Of a stretch of DNA of 64,000 nucleotides, positions 39,065-51,699 are shown piece by piece; the stretch's first letter is position 1; every line of letters starts with the position of its first letter. A program made the translations under genes and the position numbers. Origin of the DNA: Scyliorhinus canicula (Eukaryota); the NCBI RefSeq assembly GCF_902713615.1, contig NC_052176.1:11422243-11486242 (forward strand). Reading direction: 5' to 3'. The notes beneath the pieces are model-generated. The model did no database searches and was not told the DNA's origin. It saw only the letters and a list, made by a program, of their open reading frames with translations.

Positions 39065-39224
39065 TTTGAAACAAACATGTTGGACTTTAACCTGGTGTTG
39101 TAAGACTTCTTACTGTGCTCACCCCAGTCCAACGACGGCATCTCCACATCATGTGTGATTAACACTAAAGAGGGGCTAGTTAGGGTTAGTAACTGAGTAA
39201 CTGGGCTGGTAATTGAGTAAAACA

Positions 39225-39500
39225 CTGAGGCACAGCGCCAGGGTCCCAGGTTCGATTCCCCGCTGGGTCACTGTCTGTGCAGAGTCTGCAGATTCTCCCC
39301 GTGTCTGCATGGGTTTTCTCCGGGTGCTCTGGTTTCCTCCCACAGTCCAAAGACGGGCAACGTACGTGGATTGGCCATGCTAAATTGCCCTCAGTGCTCA
39401 AAAAGTTTTGGGAGAAGTAATTGGGTTAAGGGGATAAGTTTGAAGTGAAGGCTAAAGTGTGTCGATGCAGACTTAGTGGGCCGAATGGCCTCCTTCCGCG
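39225..39500 (+). mobile_element. V-SINE
   Basis: B box GGTTCGATTCC, central domain and GGCCGAATGGCCTCC tail. Confidence 0.82.
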
Positions 39501-39503
39501 TGA

Positions 39504-39685
39504 TGAATGAAAATGTAAATTGCTTAATGTCACAAGTAGGCTTCAAATGAAGTCACTGTGAATAGCTCCATTCGCCACATTCCAGCACCAGTTCGGGGAA
39601 GCTGGTACGGGAATTGAACCGTGCTGCTGGACTGCCTTGGTCTGCTTCAAAAGCCAGCTCTTTAGCCCTGTGCTAAAGCAGCCCC
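39504..39685 (-). mobile_element. (TTTCA)n-tailed tRNA SINE
   Basis: Same family as 2426-2587. Confidence 0.82.
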
Positions 39686-39742
39686 TGCTTAACACTAAAG
39701 AGGGGCTGGTAACTTTGTCCCCGCCCCGCCCCGAGGAGGTTC

Positions 39743-40175
39743 CCAAGAATGATCCCTGGAATGAAGAACTTGTATGAAGAACGTTTGGGAACTCTGGGTC
39801 TATACTCGTTGGAGTTTAGAAGGACGAGGGGGGATCTTTTTGAAACTTACAGGATGCTGCGAGGCCTGGATAGAGTGGACATGGAGAGGATGTTTCCACT
39901 TGTAGGAAAAACTAGAACCAGAGGACACCATCTCAGACTATCAATTTAAAACAGAGATGAGGAGGAATCTCTTCAGCCAGAGGGTGGTGAATCTGTGGAG
40001 GCCAAATCACTGAGTGTCTTTAAGACCAAGATAGATAGGTTCTTGATTAATAAGGGGCTCAGGGGTAATGGGTGGAAGGCTGGAGAATGGGAATGAGAAA
40101 ATATCAGCCATGATTGAATGGTGGAGCAGACTCGATGGGCCGTGTGGCCTAATTCAGCTCCTGTGCCTTATGGTT
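39743..40175 (+). mobile_element. CR1 LINE 3' fragment
   Basis: MIPGMK..LGLYSLEFRR..TRTRGH, ending in CTTATGG. Confidence 0.88.
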
Positions 40176-40724
40176 TCTGTGATTAACACTAAAGAGGGGC
40201 TGGTAACTGTGTAAACAAACCCGGTCTGTGTGATTAACACAAAAGAGTGGCTGCTAATTGTAAAACCCTCAGATCTGTGAGGCTGAGATTAAAGAGTGGC
40301 TGGTAACTTGAGTAAAACCTTCCGGTCTGTGTGATTCACACTAAAGAGCGGCTGGTAACCATGTAAACCCCCTCGTTCTGTGTGATTAATACTAAAGAGC
40401 GGCTGGTAACCATGTAAACCCCCCTCGATCTGTGTGATTAACACTGAATGTTTAAAATTATTGAAGCTTCACAGGGTGGAACATGACCAATGTAAATATT
40501 TTGAGAAGAATTGTAATGTGCATATTGAAATGTGTGTAATGTCCTCATTATCCAATTAAAGAAATTCAAGTAAATCTGGACCTCTGGAGAAAATGTAAAT
40601 ATTATTGTACGATACGATATTATTGTGATGACAATTTGAAATGTTTGACAATGTTTGTTTCAAGGGATTTTATAAATGAAGTATATTTTTGAAAATAAAT
40701 TGTTTGCTTCTCTGAAAATTGTCG

Positions 40725-41520
40725 CCAGTCGGTGAAATGTTATTTGCAGAAAGTGTGAGTTTGAGGGGCTGAATGGCAGTGTAATAACAAACAAGCTGCA
40801 GGCAATGGCTGCAAATTGAATATCTCATTGGGACAAACACACAGCTACAAAGGTGATTGGTTGAGCCCTGGGGCGCAGGGCCACTTGCACCCACACACAC
40901 ACAGTCCCCCCAACACGGGCTCTATCGGAGGTTTTGCTCCAAATGTGATGACAGTGAAATGGGGAATATTCCCATTGATTCTCAATGCGGAATTGCTGCG
41001 GGGATCTGCGCATGTCCGGTTTAGCCCCGCCCCCTGCCAGTCGTCACTGAGTAAGAGCGCATGCGCAGCCCCTCCAGCGAGGAAATCGCGCGTTTTCATT
41101 GCAGCAGCTCATCCATTTGGGAGTGTGAGCAAAGAGGCTCAGAGATCATTACTGACTCGGGGGGAGTTCAGGGAGAATCGGGGGCTGTTTGCAAGAGGCG
41201 CAGCGGGAGCCCCATCTTGTTCCGGGACTTGGAGTGAGCGGGGGGAAGGGAGAGCTCTTTCTGGGCCTGGCTTATTGTCTGATTCTGGGGCAGGATTTGG
41301 ACAGTATTTTCTTTATTTTACTGATTATCAGTTGAAAGAATTGATTGATCTATCATTGGCCTCATCTGACCCTGATTTACAAGATATTTGTTTTCTTCCC
41401 CCTAGTTCAACAGATGAAGAGATGAGTTCCAAGATGATGATTCCTCAGCAACATGAATGTGGAGCCGTCTCCTTCTAACTGACAGTAAGTACAATATTAA
41501 TCCAACAATATTAATCAGGG
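40725..41520 (+). promoter_or_regulatory. repeated promoter/non-coding-exon module, copy D (most complete)
   Basis: GCGCATGCGCA at 41057-41067, donor GT at 41234, acceptor AG at 41404-41405 or 41412-41413, donor GTAAGT at 41485. Confidence 0.62.
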
Positions 41521-42289
41521 TGATTTAGCAGTGTTTCATCTGTTAAGTAATCAGTATAGTATTAATTAGGCTATTGAGCAATCAATGTGGAAGTATCCAT
41601 TTGCACTATTTTGTAACTTTCTTAGTTTAAAATATATCAGAAGCAAAGCTCTTGAACAAGGCATTAACAGAAAAATGATACATTTAAATAGTTCTCCAAA
41701 AGGACAATTATCAGATTGTAAGGCCATCCTTTCATCTCACAAGTTGTGAACCTTTGGTACAAGTAAAAGGTTGGATAGTACAGATGATTGTAAAGTGCCA
41801 AATTAATCATAAACTTCTATCAAGACACCTCCCAAAACAAAATATTAAATTCCAATCCAAATATCGCGCACAATCTCAGATATAACAGTGCAGTACATGG
41901 AAATAGATCATTTGACATATCAATGTCATCAGTAAAAGTGTTTGAATCAAACCTGTTGGACTTTAACCTGGTGTTGTAAGACTTCTTACTGTGCTCACCC
42001 CAGACCAACGCCGGCATCTCCACATCATCAGTAAAAGTAAGAATGGAAGATCAATACTGAACAGAATGTTCACCATTAACTCACAAAACAGATATTGACA
42101 AGTGCAGAAAATACAATAAAATCACGCACATCAGAGAGGTGAACAGATAGAGATTAAATGCAGAATCCCATAACAAAGATAGACAGCTTCGAAAGCAAGC
42201 ACACAGAACAGAGGCAGAGAGTTACAGAATCAAACTGATTTTTCCCGAACTCTTGACCCATAACAGAGACAGACAGCTACAGTGGAAAA

Positions 42290-45200
42290 CACACACTCTC
42301 ACACATTCAGACACCAACAACTGCACAGGAGGCAGTAAAATATGCCATATATCATATACAGACAGTGAGGGTAAAACAGACTCACACATTCTCTCTCTCA
42401 GTATACAGTAAATATACATTATCTATCACAGAGAGACAGTGAGGGTAAAACATACTGACATTTTACATGCACGTGCTCACTCACAAGTAACTTAGTAGGA
42501 AGCACTGAATATGCATTTTATGTCACAGAGTATAAGGGTGAAACACACACTCACTCTCACAGCAATAACTGAGCATTGAGCAGTAAATTATATGTCCTAC
42601 ATAGCACAGAGAAACAGTGAGGTTTATACACACTCACTCACAATCTGTCTCTCATACACCCTCTCACGGAAACCCAAGCACTGTCTCTCCCACACACACT
42701 CTCAAATCAATAACTGAGCAGTAATCAATAAAATATTAATTATATATCAGAGATAGACTGTGAGGTTAATACGCACTCACTCTCTCACACACACACTCTC
42801 CCTCTCTCACACACACCAGTCACTGAGCAGTAATCAATTAAATATGGTAGATATACCAGAGATACAGTGAGGGTAAAACATGCATTCACTCTCTCACTCA
42901 ATCTCTCACTCAGACAGTCACACAGCAGTAACTGAGCAGTAAGCTGTAAAATATGTGTTCTACATCAAAGAGAGACAAGTGAGGGTAAAGCACACACTCA
43001 CGCCATCTCTCAAACACTGTCTCACATTTTGCTGAGAAATAAGCAGTAAAATATTTGTTATATATCGCAGAGAAACAGTGAGGGTAAAACATGCGCAAAC
43101 ACACAGACACACACTCTCTCTCTATCTCTCACACTCTCTCTCATAGAAACCCTACAGTGCAAAAAGAAGCCATTCAACCCATCGAGTCTGCATTGACCTT
43201 TTGAATGAGCATGCTACCTAAGACCAATCTCCCACCTTCTCCTTGTAACCCCACCAAGGGATAGTTGAGCATATCAATTCCACCTGACTTGCACATTTTT
43301 TGGACTGTGGGAGGAAACTGGAGCACCCGGAGGAAACCCTAACAGACACGGGAAGAATGTACAAACTCCGCACAGACAGTCGCCTGAGGTCGGAATCAAA
43401 CCCGGGTCTCTGGCGCTGTGCCACCCTGCTGCCCATCAGCAGCACATCCACTTTTCACCCTATTGCTCCCACACACACTCACCATCCCTCACACATACTC
43501 ACAGACTCTCCCTCACACACATACACTCACCCACTCACTTTCTCTGACACACACACCTCTCACACATTCATACATTCTCTCACACATACTCTCTCACACC
43601 AGCAATTGACCCACAAGCAGTAAAATATGTGTACTATGTCACAGAGAGACAGCGAGGATAAAACTTACACTCAATCTCTCCCACACACACTGACAGTCAC
43701 ACACACCATTAACTGAGGAGTACGCTGTAAAATGTGTGTCCATATGATAGAGACAGAGGGAGGATAAAAATCTCACTCACTCCCTCCCTCTCACACACAC
43801 TATCTCACTCACACTCCCTCCCTCTCACACACACTATCTCACTCCCACACTCTCCCACACATACACACCATTAACTGAGCAGTAAGCTGTAAAATATTTC
43901 TTATATATCACAGAAAAACATACACTCTCACACTGTCACACACATGCTCTTTCTCACACACAGATGTTCCCTCTCTCATACACACTCACAGACTCTCTCA
44001 CACACTCACAGACTTCTACACTCACATACTCTATCTATGACGAGCACTCACACTCTCTCTCTGACACACTCACAGACTCTCTCTCTCACACACACACTCA
44101 CAGACTTTCTCTGTCTGACACACTCACAGACTCTCTCTCTCACACACACACTCACAGACTCTCTGTCTGACACACTCACAGACTCTCTCTCTCTGACACA
44201 CTCACAGACTCTCTCTCACACACACACTCAGACTCTCTCTCACGCACTCACTCACAAACTTTCACGTGCACTCAGTCACTCTCACTCACATATATTCCAG
44301 TCACAGAGCAGTAAGCAGTTAAATATGTGTTATCTATCACAGATACATAGTGAGGGTAAAACTCACACACATACCAGTAAGGGAAAAATATGTGTTATAT
44401 ATCAAAGTGAGACAGTGAGGGAAAATACACACACACTCTCACACATACACAATCTCTCATACACACGCAATCACCAGTAACAGAAGCGATCACTAAAATA
44501 TGTGTTGTGTATCAAAGACAGTGAGGGTAAAACTGACAGCCAAACTCACTCACTCACTCTCTAACACATTCAGCCAACAATACCTGAGCAGTAAAATATG
44601 TTATCTGTCATAGAAACACTGAGCATAAAACTCATTCACAGACTCTCACTGACCAGTAAATGAGCAGTGAACAGTAAAATATGTGTTCCATATCACAAGA
44701 AATATTGAGGGTCAAACGCACACTCACACACTCATGCACACACCAGTAACTGAGTAGTACAATAATCATTAAATATCAACTTTCTCTCTCTCTCTCTTTC
44801 TCACACACTCCCATTCACTCTCACACACCAGCAACTGAGCAGTAAGCAGTCAAATATGTGATACATATCATGGAGAGACATTAAGGGTAAAACGCGCACA
44901 CTCTCTCCCACGCGCCAGTAACTGAACAGTAAGAATAAACACACACACACTCACTACTCACTAATATACTCACACACTCTCACTCACAGACCCACACACC
45001 AGTAACTGAACAGTAAGCAGTAAAATATTCATTATGTTATCACAGACAGACAGTGAGGTTAACACACACACATAGATAGAGTCATATATAGACTCTGTGA
45101 CTCTATCTTATAATAATCTCTATTGTCACAAGCAGGCTTACATTAACACTGCAATGAAGTTCCTGTGAAAATCCCCTAGTCACCACATTCTGGTACCTGT

Positions 45201-48200
45201 TTGGGTACAGGGAGGTAGAATTCAGAATGTCCAAATTACCTAACAGCACATCTTTTGGGACTGTCGATCAATGAGTGTGTATAATAACCTCACTGTCTCT
45301 CTGTGATATATAATGAATATTCTTGTGCCTTCTGCTCAGTTACTGATGTGTGTGTCTATGTGAGACAGATTGGGGAGTGTTGAGAGAGAGTGTGTGTCTT
45401 TACCCTCACTGTCTCTCTTTGCGATATAACACATATTTTATTCTCTCTCACACACACTTGAACACCATCTCATTCACACACACCAGTAACTGAGCGGTAA
45501 AATATGCATTATACATCGCAGAGAGACAGTGAGGGTAAAACTCACACTCACACTCTATTTCTCGGGCAAACACTAACTCTCACACACACTCACACTCTCT
45601 CACTCACTCATGCTTCCTTTCTCACAGACTCTCACACACACACCTTCACTGAGCAGTAAGCAGTTAAATATGCGTTATATACCGCAGAGAGACAGTGAGG
45701 GTAAAACACACTCTCGCCACTCTCGCACTTCAGTTACTGAGCAGGAAGTGGAAAAATATGCATCATATATCACAGAGACTGTGATGGTAAAACGCACCCT
45801 CTCTCTCACACACACACCAGTAACTGAGCATCAACAGCAAAATATCTGTTATATATCAAAGAGACAATGAGGGTTAAATACACATAAGCTCACTCGCTCA
45901 CACTCTCTCACACAATCCCACTCTCTCACACAATCCCACTCTCTCACACAATCCCACTCTCTCACACACACACACACACTCTCAAACATACCAGTAACTG
46001 AGCAGCAGACACGAATATATGAATTCTATATCATGGAGACAGTAAGGAGAAAACTGATGCCCACGTGCACACACTTCTGCTCACACACACTCAGGCTCTC
46101 TCACACACACTCAGGCTCTCTCACACACACACTCAGGCTCTCACACACACACACACACACTCAGGCTCTCTCTCACACACACGCTCTCACACACACACTC
46201 AGGCTGTCTCACACACACACTCAGGCTCACACACACACTCAGGCTCTCTCACACACACACTCAGGCTCTCACACACACACTCAGGCTCTCTCACACACAC
46301 TCAGGCTCTCTCACACACACTCAGGCTCTCTCACACACACACTCAGGCTCTAACACACACACACACACACTCAGGCTCTCTCTCACACACACGCTCTCTC
46401 ACACACTCAGGCTGTCTCACACACACACTCAGGCTCACACACACACTCAGGCTCTCTCACACACACACTCAGGCTCCCTCACACACACACTCAGGCTCTC
46501 ACTCACACTCAGGCTCTCTCACACACACTCAGGCTCTCACACACACTCAGGCTCTCTCACACACACTCAGGCTCTCTCACACACACACTCAGGCTCTCTC
46601 ACACACACTCAGGCTCTCTCACACACTCAGGCTCTCACACACACACACTCAGGCTCTCACACACACACACTCAGGCTCTCTCACACACACACTCAGGCTC
46701 TCTCACACACACACTCAGGCTCTCTCGCACACACACTCAGGCTCTCTCACACACACACTCAGGCTCTCTCACACACACACTCAGGCTCTCTCACACACAC
46801 ACTCAGGCTCTCTCACACACTCAAGCTCTCACACAAACACTCAGGCTCCCATACACTCACTCAGGCTCTCACACACACACTCAGGCTCTCTCACACACAC
46901 TCAGGCTCTCTCTCACACACACTCAGGCTCTCTCACACAGGCTCACACAAACACGTTCAGGCTCTCACACACACACTCAGGCTCTCACACACACACTCAG
47001 GCTCTCACACACACACTCAGGCTCTCTCACACACACTCAGGCTCTCTCACACACACACAGGCTCTCTCACACACACTCAGGCTCTCTCACACACACTCAG
47101 GCTCTCTCTCACACACTCAGGCTCTCTCACACACACTCAGGCTCTCTCACACACACACTCAGGCTCTCTCACACACTCAGGCTCACACAAACACACTCAG
47201 GCTCTCACACACACACTCAGGCTCTCACACACACACTCAGGCTCTCACACACACACTCAGGCTCTCACACACACACTCAGGCTCTCACACACACACTCAG
47301 GCTCTCTCACACACACTCAGGCTCTCTCACACACAGGCTCTCTCACACACACACAGGCTCTCTCACACACACTCAGGCTCTCTCACACACACTCAGGCTC
47401 TCTCTCACACACTCAGGCTCTCTCACACACACTCAGGCTCTCTCACACACACACTCAGGCTCTCTCACACACACTCAGGCTCTCTCACACACACACACAC
47501 TTAGGCTCTCTCACACACACTCAGGCTCTCTCACACACACTCAGGCTCTCTCACACACACTCAGGCTCTCTCACACACACTCAGGCTCTCTCACACACAC
47601 TCAGGCTCTCTCACACACACTCTGGCTCTCACACACACACTCAGGCTCTCTCTCACACACATTCAGGCTCTCTCTCACACACTCAGGCTCTCTCTCACAC
47701 ACTCAGGCTCTCCCTCTCACACACTCAGGCTCTCCCTCTCACACACTCAGGCTCTCTCTCTCACACACTCAGGCTCTCACACACACACTCAGGCTCTCTC
47801 ACACACACTCAGGCTCTCTCTCACACACACAGTCTCTCACACACACACACTCAGGCTCTCTCACACACACACTCAGGCTCTCTCACACACGCACTCAGTC
47901 TCTCTCACACACACACTCAGTCTCTCTCACACACACACTCAGTCTCTCTCACACACACACTCAGTCTCTCTCACACACACACTCAGGCTCTCTCTCACAC
48001 ACACTCAGGCTCTCTCACACGCACACTCAGGCTCTCTCACACACAGGCTCTCTCACACACACTCAGGCTCTCACACACACACTCAGGCTCTCTCACACAC
48101 ACACTCAGGCTCTCTCACACACACACTCAGGCTCTCTCACACACACACTCAGGCTCTCTCACACACACACACACTCAGGCTCTCTCACACACACACACTC

Positions 48201-50886
48201 AGGCTCTCTCACACACGCTCAGGCTCTCTCACACACGCTCAGGCTCTCTCACACACACTCAGGCTCTCTCACACTCACTCAGACTCTCTCTCACACTCAC
48301 TCAGACTTTCTCTCACACTCACTCAGGGTCTCACACACACTCAGGCTCTCTCACACACACTCAGGCTCTCTCACACACACTCAGGCTCTCTCACACACAC
48401 TCAGGCTCTCTCACACACACACTCAGGCTCTCTCACACACACTCAGGCTCTCTCACACACACACTCAGGCTCTCTCACACACACACTCAGGCTCTCTCAC
48501 ACACACTCAGGCTCTCTCACACACACTCAGGCTCTCTCACACACACTCGGGCTCTCTCACACACACTCAGGCTCTCTCACACACACTCAGGCGCTCTCAC
48601 ACACACACTCAGGCGCTCTCACACACACACTCAGGCGCTCTCACACACACACTCAGGCGCTCTCTCACACACACTCAGGCTCTCACACACACTCAGGCTC
48701 TCACACACACACTCAGGCTCTCTCACACACACTCAGGCTCACACACACACTCAGGCTCTCTCACACACACACTCAGGCTCACACACACACACTCAGGCTC
48801 TCTCACACACACTCAGGCTCTCTCACACACTCAGGCTCTCTCTCACACACTCGGGCTCTCTCTCACACACTTGGGCTCTCTCACACACTCGGGCTCTCTC
48901 ACACACTCGGGCTCTCACACACACTCAGGCTCTCTCACACACACTCAGGCTCTCTCTCACACACACACAGGCTCTCTCACACACACACTCAGGCTCTCTC
49001 ACACACACTCAGGCTCTCTCACACACACTCAGGCTCTCTCTCTCACACACCTCAGTCTCTCACACACACACTCAGGCTCTCTCACACACACTCAGGCTCT
49101 CTCACACACACTCAGGCTCTCACACACTCTCAGGCTCTCTCACACACACTCAGGCTCTCACACACACTCAGGCTCTCTCACACACACACTCAGGCTCTCT
49201 CACACTCACTCAGACTCTCTCTCACACTCACTCAGACTTTCTCTCACACTCACTCAGGGTCTCACACACACTCAGGCTCTCTCACACACACTCAGGCTCT
49301 CTCACACACACTCAGGCTCTCTCAGACACACACTCAGGCTCTCTCACACACACACTCAGGCTCTCTCACACACACTCAGGCTCTCCCACACACACACTCA
49401 GGCTCTCTCACACACACACTCAGGCTCTCTCACACACACTCAGGCTCTCTCACACACACTCAGGCTCTCTCACACACACTCGGGCTCTCTCACACACACT
49501 CAGGCTCTCTCACACACACTCAGGTGCTCTCACACACACACTCAGGCGCTCTCACACACACACTCAGGCGCTCTCACACACACACTCAGGCGCTCTCTCA
49601 CACACACTCAGGCTCTCACACACACTCAGGCTCTCACACACACACTCAGGCTCTCTCACACACACTCAGGCTCACACACACACTCAGGCTGTCTCACACA
49701 CACACTCAGGCTTACACACACACACTCAGGCTCTCTCACACATACTCAGGCTCTCTCACACACTCAGGCTCTCTCTCACACACTCGGGCTCTCTCTCACA
49801 CACTTGGGCTCTCTCACACACTCGGGCTCTCTCACACACTCGGGCTCTCACACACACTCAGGCTCTCTCACACACACTCAGGCTCTCTCTCACACACACA
49901 CAGGCTCTCTCACACACACTCAGGCTCTCTCACACACACTCAGGCTCTCTCACACACTCAGGCTCTCTCTCTCACACACACTCAGTCTCTCACACACACA
50001 CTCAGGCTCTCTCACACACACTCAGGCTCTCTCACACACACTCAGGCTCTCACACACTCTCAGGCTCTCTCACACACACTCAGGCTCTCACACACACTCA
50101 GGCTCTCTCACACACACACTCAGGCTCTCTCACACACACTCTGGCTCTCCCTATCTCACACACACCAGTCACTGAGCAGTCAGCAGTTAAATATGCATTA
50201 TATGCTGCACAGGGACAGTGAAGATAAAACATACACTCACCACTCTCACCCTTCAGTAACTGAGCAGTAAGCAGTAAAATGTTATATGATAGACAGACAG
50301 TGAGGATAAACACACACTCGCACACCAGTAAAATATGTTATATAGCACAGAGACAATGAAGGTAAAGCAGACACACTCTCTCCCCACACACTCACACTCC
50401 TGCAGACTATTTCTCACACTCACTCACTGCCTCACACAGACTGGCACACAGTACCTCACACACTCTCACACACTTTCATATTTACACACTTTCTGATACT
50501 CCCACACTCTCTGCCACAACAGTAACTGAGCAATAAATAATAAAATATGCATCACATATCACAGAGAGACAATGAGGTTAAAATGCACAGAGGTGCACTC
50601 TCTCACACATATGCTTACACACACATTCTCACACATACGCACTCTTTCAAACACAGACGCGTGCTTACTCTCACACACATGCTCTGTCACACACACACAT
50701 GCTGTCTCTCTCTCTCACACACACTCTCTCACATCCCAGTAACTGAGCAGCAGACATTAATATATGCATTATATATCACAGAGACAGTGAGAGGAAAACT
50801 GACACATACACACACACACACATTCTCTCACACACACATTTGCTCTCGCACTCACACACTCATTGACTCACACACTCTCTCTCTCA

Positions 50887-50930
<44 letters not shown>

Positions 50931-51310
50931 CTCTCTCTCTCCCACACACACACACACACTGACAGTAAGCAGTAAAATACGTGTGATGTATCAAAGAGTG
51001 ACAGTGAGGGTAATACACACTTTCACACACATTCAAGCTGACTCTCACACACACAAACACACAGTTACTCATAAATATCTGATCAGTTTGCAGTAAAATA
51101 TGTGTTATATATCATAGGGTGACATTGAAAATAAAACACACGAACACACACTCACATTCTCTCACTCTCACACACCAGTAACTAGGCAGGAAGCAGTAAA
51201 ATATGCATTATGTATCACAGGGACTTTGAGGATAAAACTCCCACACACACAAACCGCTAACTGAATTGTAAACAGTAAGTATGCGGTATATATCACAGCG
51301 AGATTGCGAG
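42290..51310. repeat. degenerate array of the ~65-bp core with CA/CT microsatellite spacers (about 30 or more units)
   Basis: CCAGTAACTGAGCAGTAAGCAGTAAAATATGTGTTATATATCACAGAGAGACAGTGAGGGTAAAAC-like units at 42290-46060 and 50160-51310. Confidence 0.85.
46080..50150. repeat. 4-kb satellite of ~20-bp unit CACACACTCAGGCTCTCT
   Basis: Direct reading. It explains the THSGSL/LRLSHT low-complexity ORFs. Confidence 0.97.
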
Positions 51311-51695
51311 TCTGACGAACTAGGCAGATGAAGTGAGAACATGGGGTTATGATGTATTTGCTGTCACTGAATCACGGTTGGGAGAGGGGAAGGATGGAAG
51401 CTCAACAGGATCTCCAGGGAGATAGGGCAGGAGGTAAAAGAGGAGAGGGTGTTGCAATTTTGATCAAGGAATGAATTACATCAGGAGGGAGAGATGGCAT
51501 CTTAGAAAGCTCTTCAACTGAAGCCAAATGGGTAGAACTTAAAAACCAAAATGGAGCAATCACATTGCTGGAGTAGTCCATAGGCCCCCGAACTATCCCA
51601 AAGAAATAGAAGAGCAAATGTTCAGGCAAATTTCAGAGAAGTAGAAAAGTAATAGGTTGTGACAGTGGGAACACTGGGGGATTCCAACTCCCCCT
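51310..51695 (+). mobile_element. old CR1 endonuclease fragment
   Basis: Homologous to the APE regions at 21350-21990 and 61540-61930. Confidence 0.65.
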
Positions 51696-51699
51696 CTGT

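Larger units (their letters stand above)
38037..39151 (+). mobile_element. Penelope-like retroelement, 5'-truncated, with GIY-YIG endonuclease remnant and inverted 5' pLTR
   Basis: YSCDSTNVIYLIRCRKGCPEAWYIGET / LRQRMNGHR..PVREHF..EQKLIAKFRT..GLN. Inverted pLTR piece at 38037-38104. Flanked by TGTGTGATTA at 38023 and 39152. Confidence 0.92.
37900..40445. repeat. ~52-55-bp tandem repeat interrupted by insertions
   Basis: TGTGTGATTAACACTAAAGAGGGGCTGGTAAC units at 37918-38035, 39152-39200, 39688-39713 and 40177-40445. Confidence 0.85.
35930..40700 (+). mobile_element. degenerate Tx1-type LINE 3' part hosting nested CR1, Penelope and SINE insertions
   Basis: ORF2-like remnants at 35930-36620 (KCHYVLRFYLSRVLRRM, HLHVECAF) and 37560-37860, a putative 3' UTR tandem repeat, and an AATAAA/A-rich end near 40695. 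Confidence 0.6.

Noticed and set aside
40816-41478. 220-aa ORF and its paralogs at 11765-12118 and 59498-59914
   Set aside because: They start at non-ATG codons or inside the NRF1 motif, run through putative promoter and intron, and the frame is broken in copy B. Persistence is explained by recent duplication.
41433-41482. Possible C/D-box snoRNA (ATGATGA...CTGA) in the module
   Set aside because: Only about 50 nt, no terminal stem or clear C'/D' boxes, and it lies in an exon-like rather than intronic position.
42290-46060. GACAGTG...AAAAC in the repeat core as a V(D)J recombination signal
   Set aside because: It lacks the essential CAC heptamer start and 12/23 spacing, and there are no Ig or TCR segments nearby.
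46033-50270. Long ORFs of up to 479 aa rich in H, T, S and L
   Set aside because: They are translations of the stop-free CACACTCAGGCTCT satellite, with no coding signature.
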